From positions 29,062 through 93,061 of the forward strand of contig CAXHJY010001410.1 of the NCBI GenBank assembly GCA_964016885.1: a stretch of DNA of 64,000 bases, given 5' to 3'. Shown here one piece after another: positions 42,866 to 53,413 of this stretch (position 1 is its first letter; every line of letters starts with the position of its first letter). This DNA is from Eledone cirrhosa. Lineage: Eukaryota. Both the position numbers and the translations under genes were made by a program. Below the pieces are notes generated by a model. It saw nothing but the letters and a program-made list of their open reading frames with translations, did no database searches and was not told the DNA's origin.

Positions 42866-43077
42866 AAGATAAAGCCTTTACCGTGAAAATACGATAGTAA
42901 ATATAGAGTAATGTGAATGCTAAAGGGTTAAAAGAAGTACCAGTCAAATACTGGAGTCTATTCTTTCTCTCCCTCTCCCTATTGTGTAAAAGTTTTGTTA
43001 GTTTCAATCAGGAAATAAAGATGATCTGAACTTTTAAAATAGCTCATGTTTACAGGTCCCACCATATATAAATACTG

Positions 43078-43280
43078 TACGTGAGTCAGCTGAAATGTTC
43101 ATAAGCTGACTATGAGGGATTGATGCTAGAGCTGTGAAATCCTGCATGCATTAATAATTTCAACTCTTTTTCTTAATAACTGCATTATTTCTTTTCAGGG
43201 ACTATGTTGAAAAATAAATCTCATTTGGTCATTCCATGAGAGTATCGTGGTCAGCCTATGAACTTTTCAACAGACCCTCA

Positions 43281-43282
<2 letters not shown>
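43078..43282. mobile_element. Tc1/mariner-type MITE
   Basis: ~33-bp imperfect TIRs TACGTGAGTCAGCTGAAATGTTCATAAGCTGAC / GTCAGCCTATGAACTTTTCAACAGACCCTCATG. Confidence 0.7.
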
Positions 43283-43316
<34 letters not shown>

Positions 43317-43317
43317 A

Positions 43318-43722
43318 ACTCTGGATGTCGGTGAGCATGTCCAGCTAACCTCAGTCTCCTCTGTGTCACTTTTGAGCTGACTTTTGGGATGCTCCTATAC
43401 AGCTCTGAGTTTTTCATCCTCAGTGTATACTGATTAATGTTCAGAGCCATCCTCAGCATTCTCGTGTAGCACCCATCCACCATCTGAGTGAGTTTTTTGG
43501 TCAGTGTCCAAGTCTCAGACCCATATTGCATTCAGTGCTCCTTTGGGAGCCCCTACATGGACACACTAGAAGAGGAAGACCAAGGTTAACGTATGTTGAT
43601 GCCCTAAGGACAGACACTGGTCTGTTGGAGACGCAGGACATGGCAGCGATAATGAGGGACAGAGACTGTTGGAGAGAACTCGTCCATGGATCTCGGGAAT
43701 TTTACCCGCCTTAGAATAGAAT
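43318..43722 (+). mobile_element. 5'-inverted RTE insertion
   Basis: 43318-43525 minus encodes YGSETW..DGCYTRMLR..RLRLAGHAHRHPE; 43526-43714 plus continues SVLLWEPLHG..RGRPRLTYVD..WR, then TAGAA tail. Confidence 0.8.
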
Positions 43723-43749
43723 ATATATATATATATAAAAAGTAAAGAT

Positions 43750-43820
43750 TTCTATCTGATGAACAGATTCAGACACCTCTGTTAGAATCATCTGACTTTG
43801 TGAAACCTTGGGTAATGGAA
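43750..43820 (+). ncRNA. Type I hammerhead motif
   Basis: TTCTAT-CTGATGA-ACAGATTC..GAATC..TGT-GAAA-CCTTGGG-TA-ATGGAA. Confidence 0.6.
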
Positions 43821-43877
43821 TAGTTATATTGTGTTGTGTATTACATATATATATATATATATATTTAATATAGAAAT

Positions 43878-43929
43878 GGCTTCTACAGGACTAGAACTGT
43901 TTCATTCGAAAGAAACCATCAGGAAAGCC
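43878..43929 (-). ncRNA. Degenerate hammerhead motif 3' of the Penelope RT fragment
   Basis: GGCTTTC-CTGATGG-tTTC-tttc-GAAt-GAAA-CAG-ttctagtc-CTG-TA-GAAGCC; core A9 changed to G. Confidence 0.45.
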
Positions 43930-43992
43930 AATTATCAAGGTTGAAGAGAGGGGGATTTGTTGTAGCAACTAATTTGCCTATGCCTATTTCTC

Positions 43993-44620
43993 CTAAGTGG
44001 TCTTGGGGTGTTTTCTAGAGAGGTAATGTTTTCTTTTAAAGCCACTGCGGGCTAGGGCTTCATTGTAATAAGGGGCTGAGGCATTAAAAATGTCTTTATT
44101 GGCTGAGAGACTGGAAATTCTGAGTGAGACACTTTTAACTAAATTATCTGTGATATTTTTGGAGTGTTTTGAACTAACATCTATGTATCTAAGGGATTCG
44201 TTATGTTTGTGGTACGGGTAATAGAGGGAAGTTTCTAAATATAAAGGGACATCTAAAATGTTGGCCCTAGTTGTATTTGATTCAATGGTTATTCTAAAAC
44301 CTAGATTACAGAAAGAGCAGAAATTTTTCCGAAACCCATAAGTGGTTCTGAGATTTACCTTGTGCAAAGCAAAAAAGCCATCGTCGCGGTATAATCCTCC
44401 GGTCAGGCCTGTTAAAAGGTTCTTCAGGTGGTATAGGATATACAGGCCCACCAGATCGCTAACTTCTACGGAGTCACTTGCTCCCATACTGATGTCAAAT
44501 GGAGTCTCAGACTTCTTATTAATCCAGTAAGAACCTTCGTGGTATAAGAAGGTCTTACGGGCGTGGAGGATCACATTCTGCTCAGCATCGGTGGTGGTAA
44601 ATTTCCTGGCAAAAACAAGT
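43993..44620 (-). mobile_element. Penelope-like element reverse transcriptase fragment (decayed)
   Basis: FDISMGASDSVEVSDLVGLYIL, GLYRDDG, ILDV..YYPYHK..YIDVSSKHS..RISSLS..YNEALARSGF are typical PLE RT core and thumb motifs; no GIY-YIG domain seen. Confidence 0.85.
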
Positions 44621-45100
44621 GCATACTTCAGTAGAGCCTCTCAACCTACGCCCTCTTTCGGTCCACCTCACAGTATTGAGGTCATGTAAGTACTCTTTAC
44701 CTTTACCTACTTACCTTTTCTACTTGTATACAAGCGTACTTATATGTACGAAAATGTGTGTGTGTGTCTGTATATACGTATGCATTTGTGTATATATATA
44801 CATTATATATATATATTTATTAAAATAATAGATTAAAGTTTAAGCAAAGAATCGCTGCTTTCACTCTTAACGAGATCTTCTGAAACTAAAAATATCAATC
44901 TGTGAACGCAGATGTAAATATTTCGAAAAACGTTGCAACCGAATGAAGACGAGTCTTTGCTTGAACTTTAATCTGTTATCTTAATAAATATTTGCTCTAC
45001 GGTTCTTATATATTTGATATATATTTATCCTTATCGAGCCCTCTTTGGATTTTAGTCTTCAAATTTATTATTATTACTATATACATTATATATATATATA

Positions 45101-45147
<47 letters not shown>

Positions 45148-45421
45148 ATAGGGAAAAGCGGACGTAAAATGATGATATATATATATATATATAGGAACCA
45201 GTAAGACCCCGACAGCTGAGCTCAAGCCGTTTCGACGGCTAATTCTGGGATACGGCGTGGTAGGGTCGGAAAGTGCTCTACTACGGGAGTAGGAGCTAGA
45301 TAATGAAGGAAATGTGGTAAGGAACCAGGTGGACCATAACGCACCAAAGTACTCAATACTTGAGGTAGTAGAGTGGGTAATAGGAACCAGTAAGACCCCG
45401 ACAGCTGAGTAAGACCCCACT

Positions 45422-45736
45422 GAGGCACATGGCTTAGTGGTTAGAGCATTGGCCCTGCAATCGAAAGGTTGCGAGTTCAATTCTCAGACCAGGTGATGTG
45501 TTGTTTCCTTGAGCAAGACACTTTATTTCACATTGCTCCAGTTTACTCAGCTGTAGAAATGACCACTGCAAAGTGTTCGTGGAGGTGCCACGGCAGAAAA
45601 GCACCCAGCACTCACTGTAAATGAGGTTGGTGTTAGGAAGGGCATCCAGCTGTAAAAATCAAGCCAGAATCAGTTCCCGTCCCACCCTTGCAAGCAGGGA
45701 AAAGTGGACATAAAATGAAATGATGATGATGATGAT
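45422..45736 (+). mobile_element. SINE family A
   Basis: A/B boxes, core and (ATG)n tail as in 539-921. Confidence 0.85.
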
Positions 45737-46086
45737 ATATATATATATATATATGTCGTGGGCTCGATTCCTGGGCTGCGTGTTGTGTTCTTGAGCAAAA
45801 CACTTCATTTCACGTTGCTCCAGTATATTCAGCTGAAAATGGGTACCAGCAATAGCCGGAGGTTTAACCCTGCGAAGGACTGGCGTCCTGTCCAGGGGGA
45901 GTCTTGTACTCTCAGTCACTTCACGACATGAAACCGGGATAAGCACCGGCCAAATGAGCCTTCTGGCTTAAGACTTTAGCTATATAATAGTAGAACACTG
46001 GAGGGTTATATTCGGAGTAGTAGAGCACTCAGTCCATGGGACGAGTTTGGTAGAAGTGGTTCCATAACGGTTAGTTCACCATTTAA

Positions 46087-46129
46087 ACCGAGCTGATGAT
46101 CCGAAAAAGGTGAAACATTTGTTCTCGGT
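46087..46129 (+). ncRNA. Minimal type I hammerhead motif with long extended stem I
   Basis: ACCGAG-CTGATGA-tCC-gaaaaa-GGt-GAAA-CATTTG-TT-CTCGGT; 46051-46092 can pair with 46124-46161. Confidence 0.6.
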
Positions 46130-46259
46130 ATGGTGAACTAACTGTTGTGCAACTACTTCTATATATATGTATGTATGTATATGTGTGTATATGTACATAT
46201 ATGTATATATATATATATATATATATGTGTGTATATATATATATATATATACATACATA

Positions 46260-46291
<32 letters not shown>

Positions 46292-46535
46292 CATACATGT
46301 GTGTGTGTATATATATATATATATGTATATATGTGTGTGTGTGTATATATATGTATATATGTGTGTGTGTGTATATATGTGTGTGTATGGGTATAGTATG
46401 TATGTATGTATGTATGTATTTGTGAAACATTTGTTCTCGGTATTGTGAACTAACTGTTGTGGAACTACTTCTATATATATATATATGTATGTATATGTGT
46501 GTATATGAACATATATGTATATATATATATATACA

Positions 46536-46602
<67 letters not shown>

Positions 46603-46641
46603 GTGTATGTGTATATATATATGTATATATGTGTGTGTGTG

Positions 46642-46700
<59 letters not shown>

Positions 46701-46821
46701 GTATGGGTATAGTATGTATGTATGTATGTATTTGTGAAACATTTGTTCTAGGTATGGTGAACTAACTGTTGTGGAACTACTTCTATATATATATATGTAT
46801 GTATATGTGTGTATATGTAGA

Positions 46822-46901
<80 letters not shown>

Positions 46902-47113
46902 CATATGTGTGTATATATATATATATATACATACATGTGTATATATATATGTTTATATGTGTGTGTGTGTATATATATATATGTATATATGTGTGTGTGT
47001 GTATGGGTATAGTATGTATGTTTGTATGTATTTGTGAAACTTTTGTTCTAGGTATGGTGAACTAACTGTTGTGGAACTACTTCTATATATATATATATGT
47101 GTGTATATGTAGA

Positions 47114-47191
<78 letters not shown>

Positions 47192-47227
47192 TATATATAT
47201 GTGTATGTGTATATATATATGTTTATA

Positions 47228-47266
<39 letters not shown>

Positions 47267-47425
47267 ATATATATATATGTGCGTGTGTGTGTGTATATAT
47301 ATATGTGTGTGTATGGGTATAGTATGTATGTATGTATGTATTTGTGAAACATTTGTCCTCGGTATGGTCAACTAACTGTTGTGGAACTACTTCTAAATAT
47401 ATATATATATGTATGTATATGTAGA

Positions 47426-47501
<76 letters not shown>

Positions 47502-47540
47502 CATGTGTATGTGTATATATATGTATATGTGTGTGTGTGC

Positions 47541-47620
<80 letters not shown>

Positions 47621-47704
47621 GGGTATAGTATGTATGTATGTATGTATTTGTGAAACATTTGTTCTAGGTATGGTGAACTAACTGTTGTGGAACTACTTCT
47701 ATAT
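46110..47704 (+). repeat. ~310-bp higher-order repeat (6 cores) of a hammerhead 3' half plus microsatellites
   Basis: GTGAAACATTTGTTCT(C/A)GGTATGGTGAACTAACTGTTGTGGAACTACTTCTA at ~46110, 46422, 46734, 47034, 47344 and 47650. Confidence 0.85.
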
Positions 47705-48010
47705 CATCATCATCATCATCATCACCGTTTTACGTCCGTTCTTCCATGCTAGCATGGGTTAGACGGGTTGTCCTGTTGTGGGCAGTGTCTGGTTGGCTGA
47801 CCATGCCTTGCTCATACAGGAACTGATTTGGCTTGATTGCTACAGCTGGATGCCCTTCCTAACACCAACCTCATTTACAGTGAGTGCTGGGTGCTTTTTC
47901 GTGGCGCCTACACGTCCACTTTACAGTGTGGGCTGGGTGCTTTTTTGCCGTGGCACCCCCACGACCACCTTACGGTGGGGTGTGTGGGGGCATATTGTCT
48001 ATATGCTTCA
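47704..48010 (-). mobile_element. RTE/SINE 3' tail fragment with 48-bp monomers
   Basis: (CAT)n-TTTTACGTCC..GCTAGCATGGG..CTGGATGCCCTTCCTAACACCAACC; similar to 59407-59695. Confidence 0.7.
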
Positions 48011-48035
48011 GCTTGTATATGTGTGTATATGTACA

Positions 48036-48084
<49 letters not shown>

Positions 48085-48115
48085 GTGAGTATATATATAT
48101 ATATATATACATACA

Positions 48116-48180
<65 letters not shown>

Positions 48181-48331
48181 ATGGGTATAGTATGTATGTA
48201 TGTATTTGTTTACATCCATATATTTATATTGAGAGTGAAGGCGCCATATATTATACAAGATACATGGTATATTGTTTATATAATATATATATATATATAC
48301 AATGATATTAAATAAATGGAAACTATATTTA

Positions 48332-48390
48332 TTTTATTATATATATTTCAAGGGTACCAAGACACATTGGTACGCTTTCATCAGATAAAA
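48332..48390 (-). ncRNA. Minimal type I hammerhead motif (left arm of inverted pair)
   Basis: TTTTAT-CTGATGA-AAGcGTACCAA..TTGGTACcCTT-GAAA-TATATA-TA-ATAAAA. Confidence 0.75.
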
Positions 48391-48520
48391 TACAAAGTTT
48401 GTTTTATAAATAGAGACATACCCATGAAAATCCTACCTTATCGGTTGGAAATTCACTGGATAGTAACCGATAAGGTATGATTTTCATGGGTACGTCTCTA
48501 TTTATAAAACAAACTTTGTA

Positions 48521-48580
48521 TTTTATCTGATGAAAGCGTGCCAATGTTGTCTTGGTACCCTTGAAATATATATAATAAAA
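48521..48580 (+). ncRNA. Minimal type I hammerhead motif (right arm of inverted pair)
   Basis: TTTTAT-CTGATGA-AAGcGTGCCAA..TTGGTACcCTT-GAAA-TATATA-TA-ATAAAA; inverted repeat arms ~48300-48446 and 48464-48626. Confidence 0.75.
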
Positions 48581-48898
48581 TAAATATGGTTTTATAAATA
48601 TAGTTTCCATTTATTTAATATCATTGAATATTTACTCCAGTAACTTGTTGAGTGCTCTAAATCAGTTTTAAACATTTATGTTTGTCAGACTTCCAACAAA
48701 TTAAATACCACTTCTACTTATATATATAAATATATATATATATATACATCCGCCATATGCAAGCATGGATAATAGACGTTAAAAGACTATAGATGTATAG
48801 AAAAGAGAAACACACTTCAGTTTTATAGCACTTGTGATACATTATTTCATCTTAAACATGAAATTAAAAATCTGATACATATTTCATCAGTCTTATAT

Positions 48899-49149
48899 CT
48901 TAACCCTTTTGATACCAAACTGCCTGAGACTGTCTCTGGTTCTATGATACAAAACTTGGCATTTAAACCAGCCATATCTGGCCAGAATCCTCTCACCTCT
49001 TTTTGTTCAAACCGGCTGTAACTGGTCACTCATATTGATGTCAAAATAAATAATATCAAAATCTCATAGATTCAATACTATGAGAAATAAAGCTTTTACG
49101 GCAAAAATACAATAGTATATATAGAGTAATGTAAATGCTAAAGTGTTAA
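48899..49149. mobile_element. piggyBac-like MITE
   Basis: Begins TTAA-CCCTTT and ends AAAGTG-TTAA; a related end at ~42865-42931 reads AAAGGG-TTAA. Confidence 0.45.
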
Positions 49150-50060
49150 AGTATTTATATTTATCTAAACATCTTTCACCATAATTTTATGTAAAAACCT
49201 TTAAGTTATGTTCCAAAAACCAACTTAATAATAAAAAAAGTTAGTTATATGTATTGCAAAATCCTTCAAAATTATTTGAAAATCATAAAGGACATTGTTT
49301 TTCATTAGAAATATGGTAATGAAAGGGTTAAAGTGTGTATATTTATCTAAAAATCCTTTCATCATAATTTTATGTAAGAACCTTTGTTAAGTTATGTCCC
49401 AAATAGCAACTTTATAATGAAAAAGTCTATTTAATATTAAATCCTCCCAAATTCTTTATTATTATTATTTTCAAAATTATTTGAAAACCATAGAGGACAG
49501 TGTCTTTCATTAGAAATATGGTAGCAAAAGGGTTAAAATGTTTATATTTATGAACAAAAAAAAAAAACCTTCAATCATAGTTTTATGTAAGAATCTGTTT
49601 CAGACATCAACTTAATAACAAGAAAGTTAGTTATATTACTAATTCTTTACAAATTCTTGATTATTTTCAAAATGATTTTAAACACATAGAGGACAGTGTC
49701 TTTCATTGGAAATACAATAAGGAAAGGTTTAAAGTGTTTATATTTATCTAAAAACCCTTCAATCATAATTTCATGTAAGAACCTTTGTTAAGTTATGTTC
49801 CAAACACCAACAGTGTCTTTCATTAGAAATATGGTAATGAAAGGGTTAAAGTGTTTATATTTATCTAAAAACCCTTCAATCATAATTTCATGTAAGAACC
49901 TTTGTTAAGTTATGTTCCAAACACCAACAGTGTCTTTCATTAGAAATATGGTAATGAAAGGGTTAAAGTGTTTATAGTTGTCTAAAAAAAAAACCTTTCA
50001 TTATAATTTCATGTAAGAACCTTTGTTAAGTTATATTCCAAACACCAACAGTGTTTTTAA
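49150..50060. repeat. Degenerate ~190-bp units grading into 117-bp units (same family as 54024-55626)
   Basis: Recurrent ATTAGAAATATGGTAATGAAAGGGTTAAAGTGTTTATATTTATCTAAAAA..GTTAAGTTATGTTCCAAA. Confidence 0.75.
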
Positions 50061-50439
50061 TTAGGAAAACGAGACGTCGATACATATTATTTCATTAAAT
50101 CTTTCATCTAAATTATGAAATAAAACACAAAAAATTAAAATAAAATTAAAATTAAAATACAAAAATTAAACACAAAAATAAATAAAAATTTAACCTTCAG
50201 CACGCTGCTGGCGACAAAATGCACCATATGAGTAATTAATCTCCCCTTAACAGATAATGTCAAGGGAAACAACTCATAAAAATGACTAGCATGCTAAAGA
50301 TTAAGCAAATAAATAAATAGTTTTCTCTTATCTTCTGTTGTTCTTTTTCATCTTTTTTTTTTAATTATCGTTTTTGTTTTACTTTATCTCATCTCATTGT
50401 TTTTCTTCGTTTGTTTGCATTTGTTTTTAAAAAAATATT

Positions 50440-50816
50440 TTGTTGTGTGGTGGTGGTGTTGTTAGTGTTGTGGTGGTAATGTTGTTGTGTGGTGTGTGGT
50501 GGTGTTGTGTGGTGGTGGTGTTGTTGTGGTGGTGTTGTGTTGTTGTAGTGTGGTGGTGGTGTTGTGTGGTGATCGTGTTGTGTGGTAGTGTTGGGGTGGG
50601 GTTGTGTGGTGGTGTTGTGTGGTGATGGTGTTGTTAGTGTTGTGGTGGTAATGTTGTTGTGTGGTGTGTGGTGGTGTTGTTGTTGTGGTGGTGTTGTGTT
50701 GTTGTAGTGTGGTGGTGGTGTTGTGTGGTGATCGTGTTGTGTGGTGGTGTTGGGGTGGGGTTGTGTGGTGGTGTTGGGGTGGGGTTGTGTGGTGGTGTTG
50801 TGTGGTGATGGTGTTG
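50440..50816. repeat. GT-only low-complexity tract with internal duplication just 3' of the ZNF stop
   Basis: GGT/TGT/GTT runs; block GTTAGTGTTGTGGTGGTAATG occurs at ~50461 and ~50633. Confidence 0.8.
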
Positions 50817-50828
50817 CTATGAAAGCAG

Positions 50829-53168
50829 TCACGCTGTAAAAGAGCTCTTCATTATGTTGTAGACAGGAGTTGTCCCCCTTACACTGGAGATGTCATCCTC
50901 ATCTTCCTCCTCCTCCACCTCTTCGATATCCTCCTCCTCCTCCTCATCCACGTCTTCCTCCTCCCCTTCCTCCTCCTCATCGATCTCGTTCTCCACCTCC
51001 TCCTCTTCCTCCTCGTCATCATCTCCGCCGCCACCACCACCACCGTTACTACTGTTGCTGCTGTTGTTGTTGTTGGATCTGTTTCGCCGGTGTTGTTGTT
51101 GTTGTTGTTGTTGGTGGTGGTGGTGTTGTTGTTGTTGTTGTTGCTGCTGCAGCTGGTCGTTGCTTCCACAGACGAGGCTCAGCGACTTCCTTCCGCCGGT
51201 GCAGCTGACGTTGTTGGCTCTGTTGCTGTTGTTGCTGCTTCCGCCGCCGCTGCTGTTGATCGCCATGGTCGTCGTCGTGGTTGCAGTCGTCAGGGGTAAC
51301 GCAGAGGACGCTTTGTTGTGGGTCTTGAGGTGCACGGTGAGGTTGCCCGACACCGAGAACGTCTTCTGGCAGAAGTCGCACTTGAAGGGCCTCTCCCCAG
51401 TGTGCGTGCGCAGGTGCACATTTAGGTTGCCATAGGTGGTGAACGCCTTGCGACAGACGTCGCACTGGTAGGGCTTCTCGTCGGTGTGGGACCGGAGGTG
51501 CACCGTGAGGTTGCCGGACGTCGTAAAAGCCTTCGGACACAGCGTGCAGCGGAAAGGGCGCTCGCCGCTGTGCGTGCGCTTGTGCGCAACCAGGCTGCTC
51601 GACGTCGTGAACGTGTCGCCGCACTGGTCGCACTGGTACGGTCGAGCGCCCGTGTGGATGCGCTGGTGCACGTTGAGCGCGCCAGACGTGCGGAACTGCT
51701 TCTGGCAGCGCGTGCACTTGTACGGCCTGTCGCCGGTGTGCGTGCGCTGGTGGCGCTGCAGTTTGCCCGCCTCGGCGAACGCCCGGCTGCAGAAGGTGCA
51801 CTTCAACAGGCGAGACTGCGAGTGAGGGTGGTGCGGCGACTGCGAGTGGGAGTGCGTCTTTGCGTGCTGGTCCAGCTTCACGCTGTCCGTGAAAGAAGCT
51901 CCGCAGTACTCGCACTTGAACAAACGCTCGCCCGAGTAGATGCATTCGTGCGACTGCAGCTCGGACAGATTCTTGAAGCTCTTCTCGCAGTTCTGACACT
52001 GTTTCATGCTCCCCGTGTGACTCCCTCCGCGCAAACCGGGCCTGTTCGAAGAAGAAGAAGAAGAAGAGGAAGTATCATTACTGACACTGTTGCTGTTATT
52101 GGTGGTGTTGTTGTTGTTGTTGTTGTTGTTGTTGCTGTTGCTGTTGTTGTTGCTGTTGTTGTTTGGAGGGTCCGGCGCGCCACCGATGCTGCCTCCACCT
52201 CCGCCGCCGCCACTCGCTTCAATGTTGCCGTTGCCGAAGTTGTTCTCGACGTAGTACTTGGGGTAGGCGGTCATGGCGGTCGTGCCGGTCACCTCCAGAG
52301 ACGACGAGGCGGAGGACGAGGAGGAGGAAGAGGAGGAGGACGAGGAGGAGGAGGAGGCGGAAGACGGGTGCGGGACCCCCGAGCCCGAGCCTGACCCCGA
52401 CCCGGTGCCGCCCAGGACGTGGATCACCATGTGTTCGTTGAGCTCCTCGAAGCTGGCGAAACTCCGATAGCAAACCTGGCACTTAGACGTAGAGGACGAC
52501 GAGGTGTGCCCTCCGCCGCCACCCAGCGACAAAGACCCCATTCGATGGTGCTGCTGCTGCTGGTGGTGTTGGTGGTGTTGGTGGTGGTGGTGGTGGTGTT
52601 GTTGTTGCTGCTGCTGCTGCTGTTGTTGTTGTTGATGATGATGCTGCTGCTGCTGCTGTTGTTGCTGATGCTGCTGCTGTTGCTGATGGTGATGATGTTG
52701 CTGATGGTGATGGTGATGATGATGTTGATGGTGTTGTTGTTGTTGTTGTTGTTGTTGTTGCAGTTTTCCCAAATTCATGCTCATGTTGTTGTTGTTGTTG
52801 GCGTTGCTGCTGCTGTTGTTGTTGTTGTTGTTGTTGGCGTTGTTGTTGTTGTTGTTGACAATCGGAGCGTAAGCTGCTTGGTGAAAACTCGAAATGAAAC
52901 CTTTCCCTCTGGCTTGAGTTTGACTCTGTGGTGGAGGGGGTGTGTGAGTGTGAGTGGGAGTGTGAGCGTGAGTGTTGTGAATTGGTGTCGGAATGCCAGT
53001 GTGAATGAGTTGGTGAGTGGACAGCTGTTCTGGATCAGAGAAAATCTGGGGACAGAAATTGCAAGGATGCTGCAGGCTGTCGGCAGAATGGCTTTTCAAA
53101 TGCTGAACAAGCAAATAATTATATTTGAAAGTTTTTTCACAGCATGTGCATTTCAATGTTTTCCCCAT
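50829..53168 (-). CDS. C2H2 zinc-finger protein, 779 aa (10 canonical fingers + 1 degenerate; poly-N, Q/H, S, G and acidic tracts)
   Basis: Uninterrupted ORF with CxxC..HxxxH fingers, six in tandem with TGDRPY/TGARPY/SGERPF/TDEKPY/TGERPF linkers. Candidate acceptor TTTTGTATTGTAG at 53238, 70 nt upstream of the ATG. Confidence 0.93.
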   Translation of the reverse strand: MGKTLKCTCCEKTFKYNYLLVQHLKSHSADSLQHPCNFCPQIFSDPEQLSTHQLIHTGIPTPIHNTHAHTPTHTHTPPPPQSQTQARGKGFISSFHQAAYAPIVNNNNNNANNNNNNNSSSNANNNNNMSMNLGKLQQQQQQQQQHHQHHHHHHHQQHHHHQQQQQHQQQQQQQQHHHQQQQQQQQQQQQHHHHHHQHHQHHQQQQHHRMGSLSLGGGGGHTSSSSTSKCQVCYRSFASFEELNEHMVIHVLGGTGSGSGSGSGVPHPSSASSSSSSSSSSSSSSSASSSLEVTGTTAMTAYPKYYVENNFGNGNIEASGGGGGGGSIGGAPDPPNNNSNNNSNSNNNNNNNNNTTNNSNSVSNDTSSSSSSSSNRPGLRGGSHTGSMKQCQNCEKSFKNLSELQSHECIYSGERLFKCEYCGASFTDSVKLDQHAKTHSHSQSPHHPHSQSRLLKCTFCSRAFAEAGKLQRHQRTHTGDRPYKCTRCQKQFRTSGALNVHQRIHTGARPYQCDQCGDTFTTSSSLVAHKRTHSGERPFRCTLCPKAFTTSGNLTVHLRSHTDEKPYQCDVCRKAFTTYGNLNVHLRTHTGERPFKCDFCQKTFSVSGNLTVHLKTHNKASSALPLTTATTTTTMAINSSGGGSSNNSNRANNVSCTGGRKSLSLVCGSNDQLQQQQQQQQHHHHQQQQQQQHRRNRSNNNNSSNSSNGGGGGGGDDDEEEEEEVENEIDEEEEGEEEDVDEEEEEDIEEVEEEEDEDDISSVRGTTPVYNIMKSSFTA

Positions 53169-53263
53169 AGTTCAGTTTTTGGTCCTTTAACAGCCCCTTT
53201 TGAGATACTTAAACACTCAGAAACCGTCCCTAACGTTCTACAATACAAAACTGTTTATGTTAA

Positions 53264-53295
<32 letters not shown>

Positions 53296-53413
53296 AGCAA
53301 GATGTATGGTAGGTCGTATGTGAATCGCGATGATCACGTCTGACCTACCAAATATGTGACGGTAGCTAGTTAAGCTCTATGCGTATAAGCATAACTTACA
53401 ATCACATGTTATA

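Noticed and set aside
46076-48315. Many YIYI/VCVC/HTHT ORFs (also 63-282, 7164-7557)
   Set aside because: Translations of dinucleotide microsatellites.
50870-53312. Long overlapping ORFs on the plus strand and alternative frames of the ZNF gene
   Set aside because: Shadows of a GC-rich, triplet-repeat coding region; no independent domain signal.
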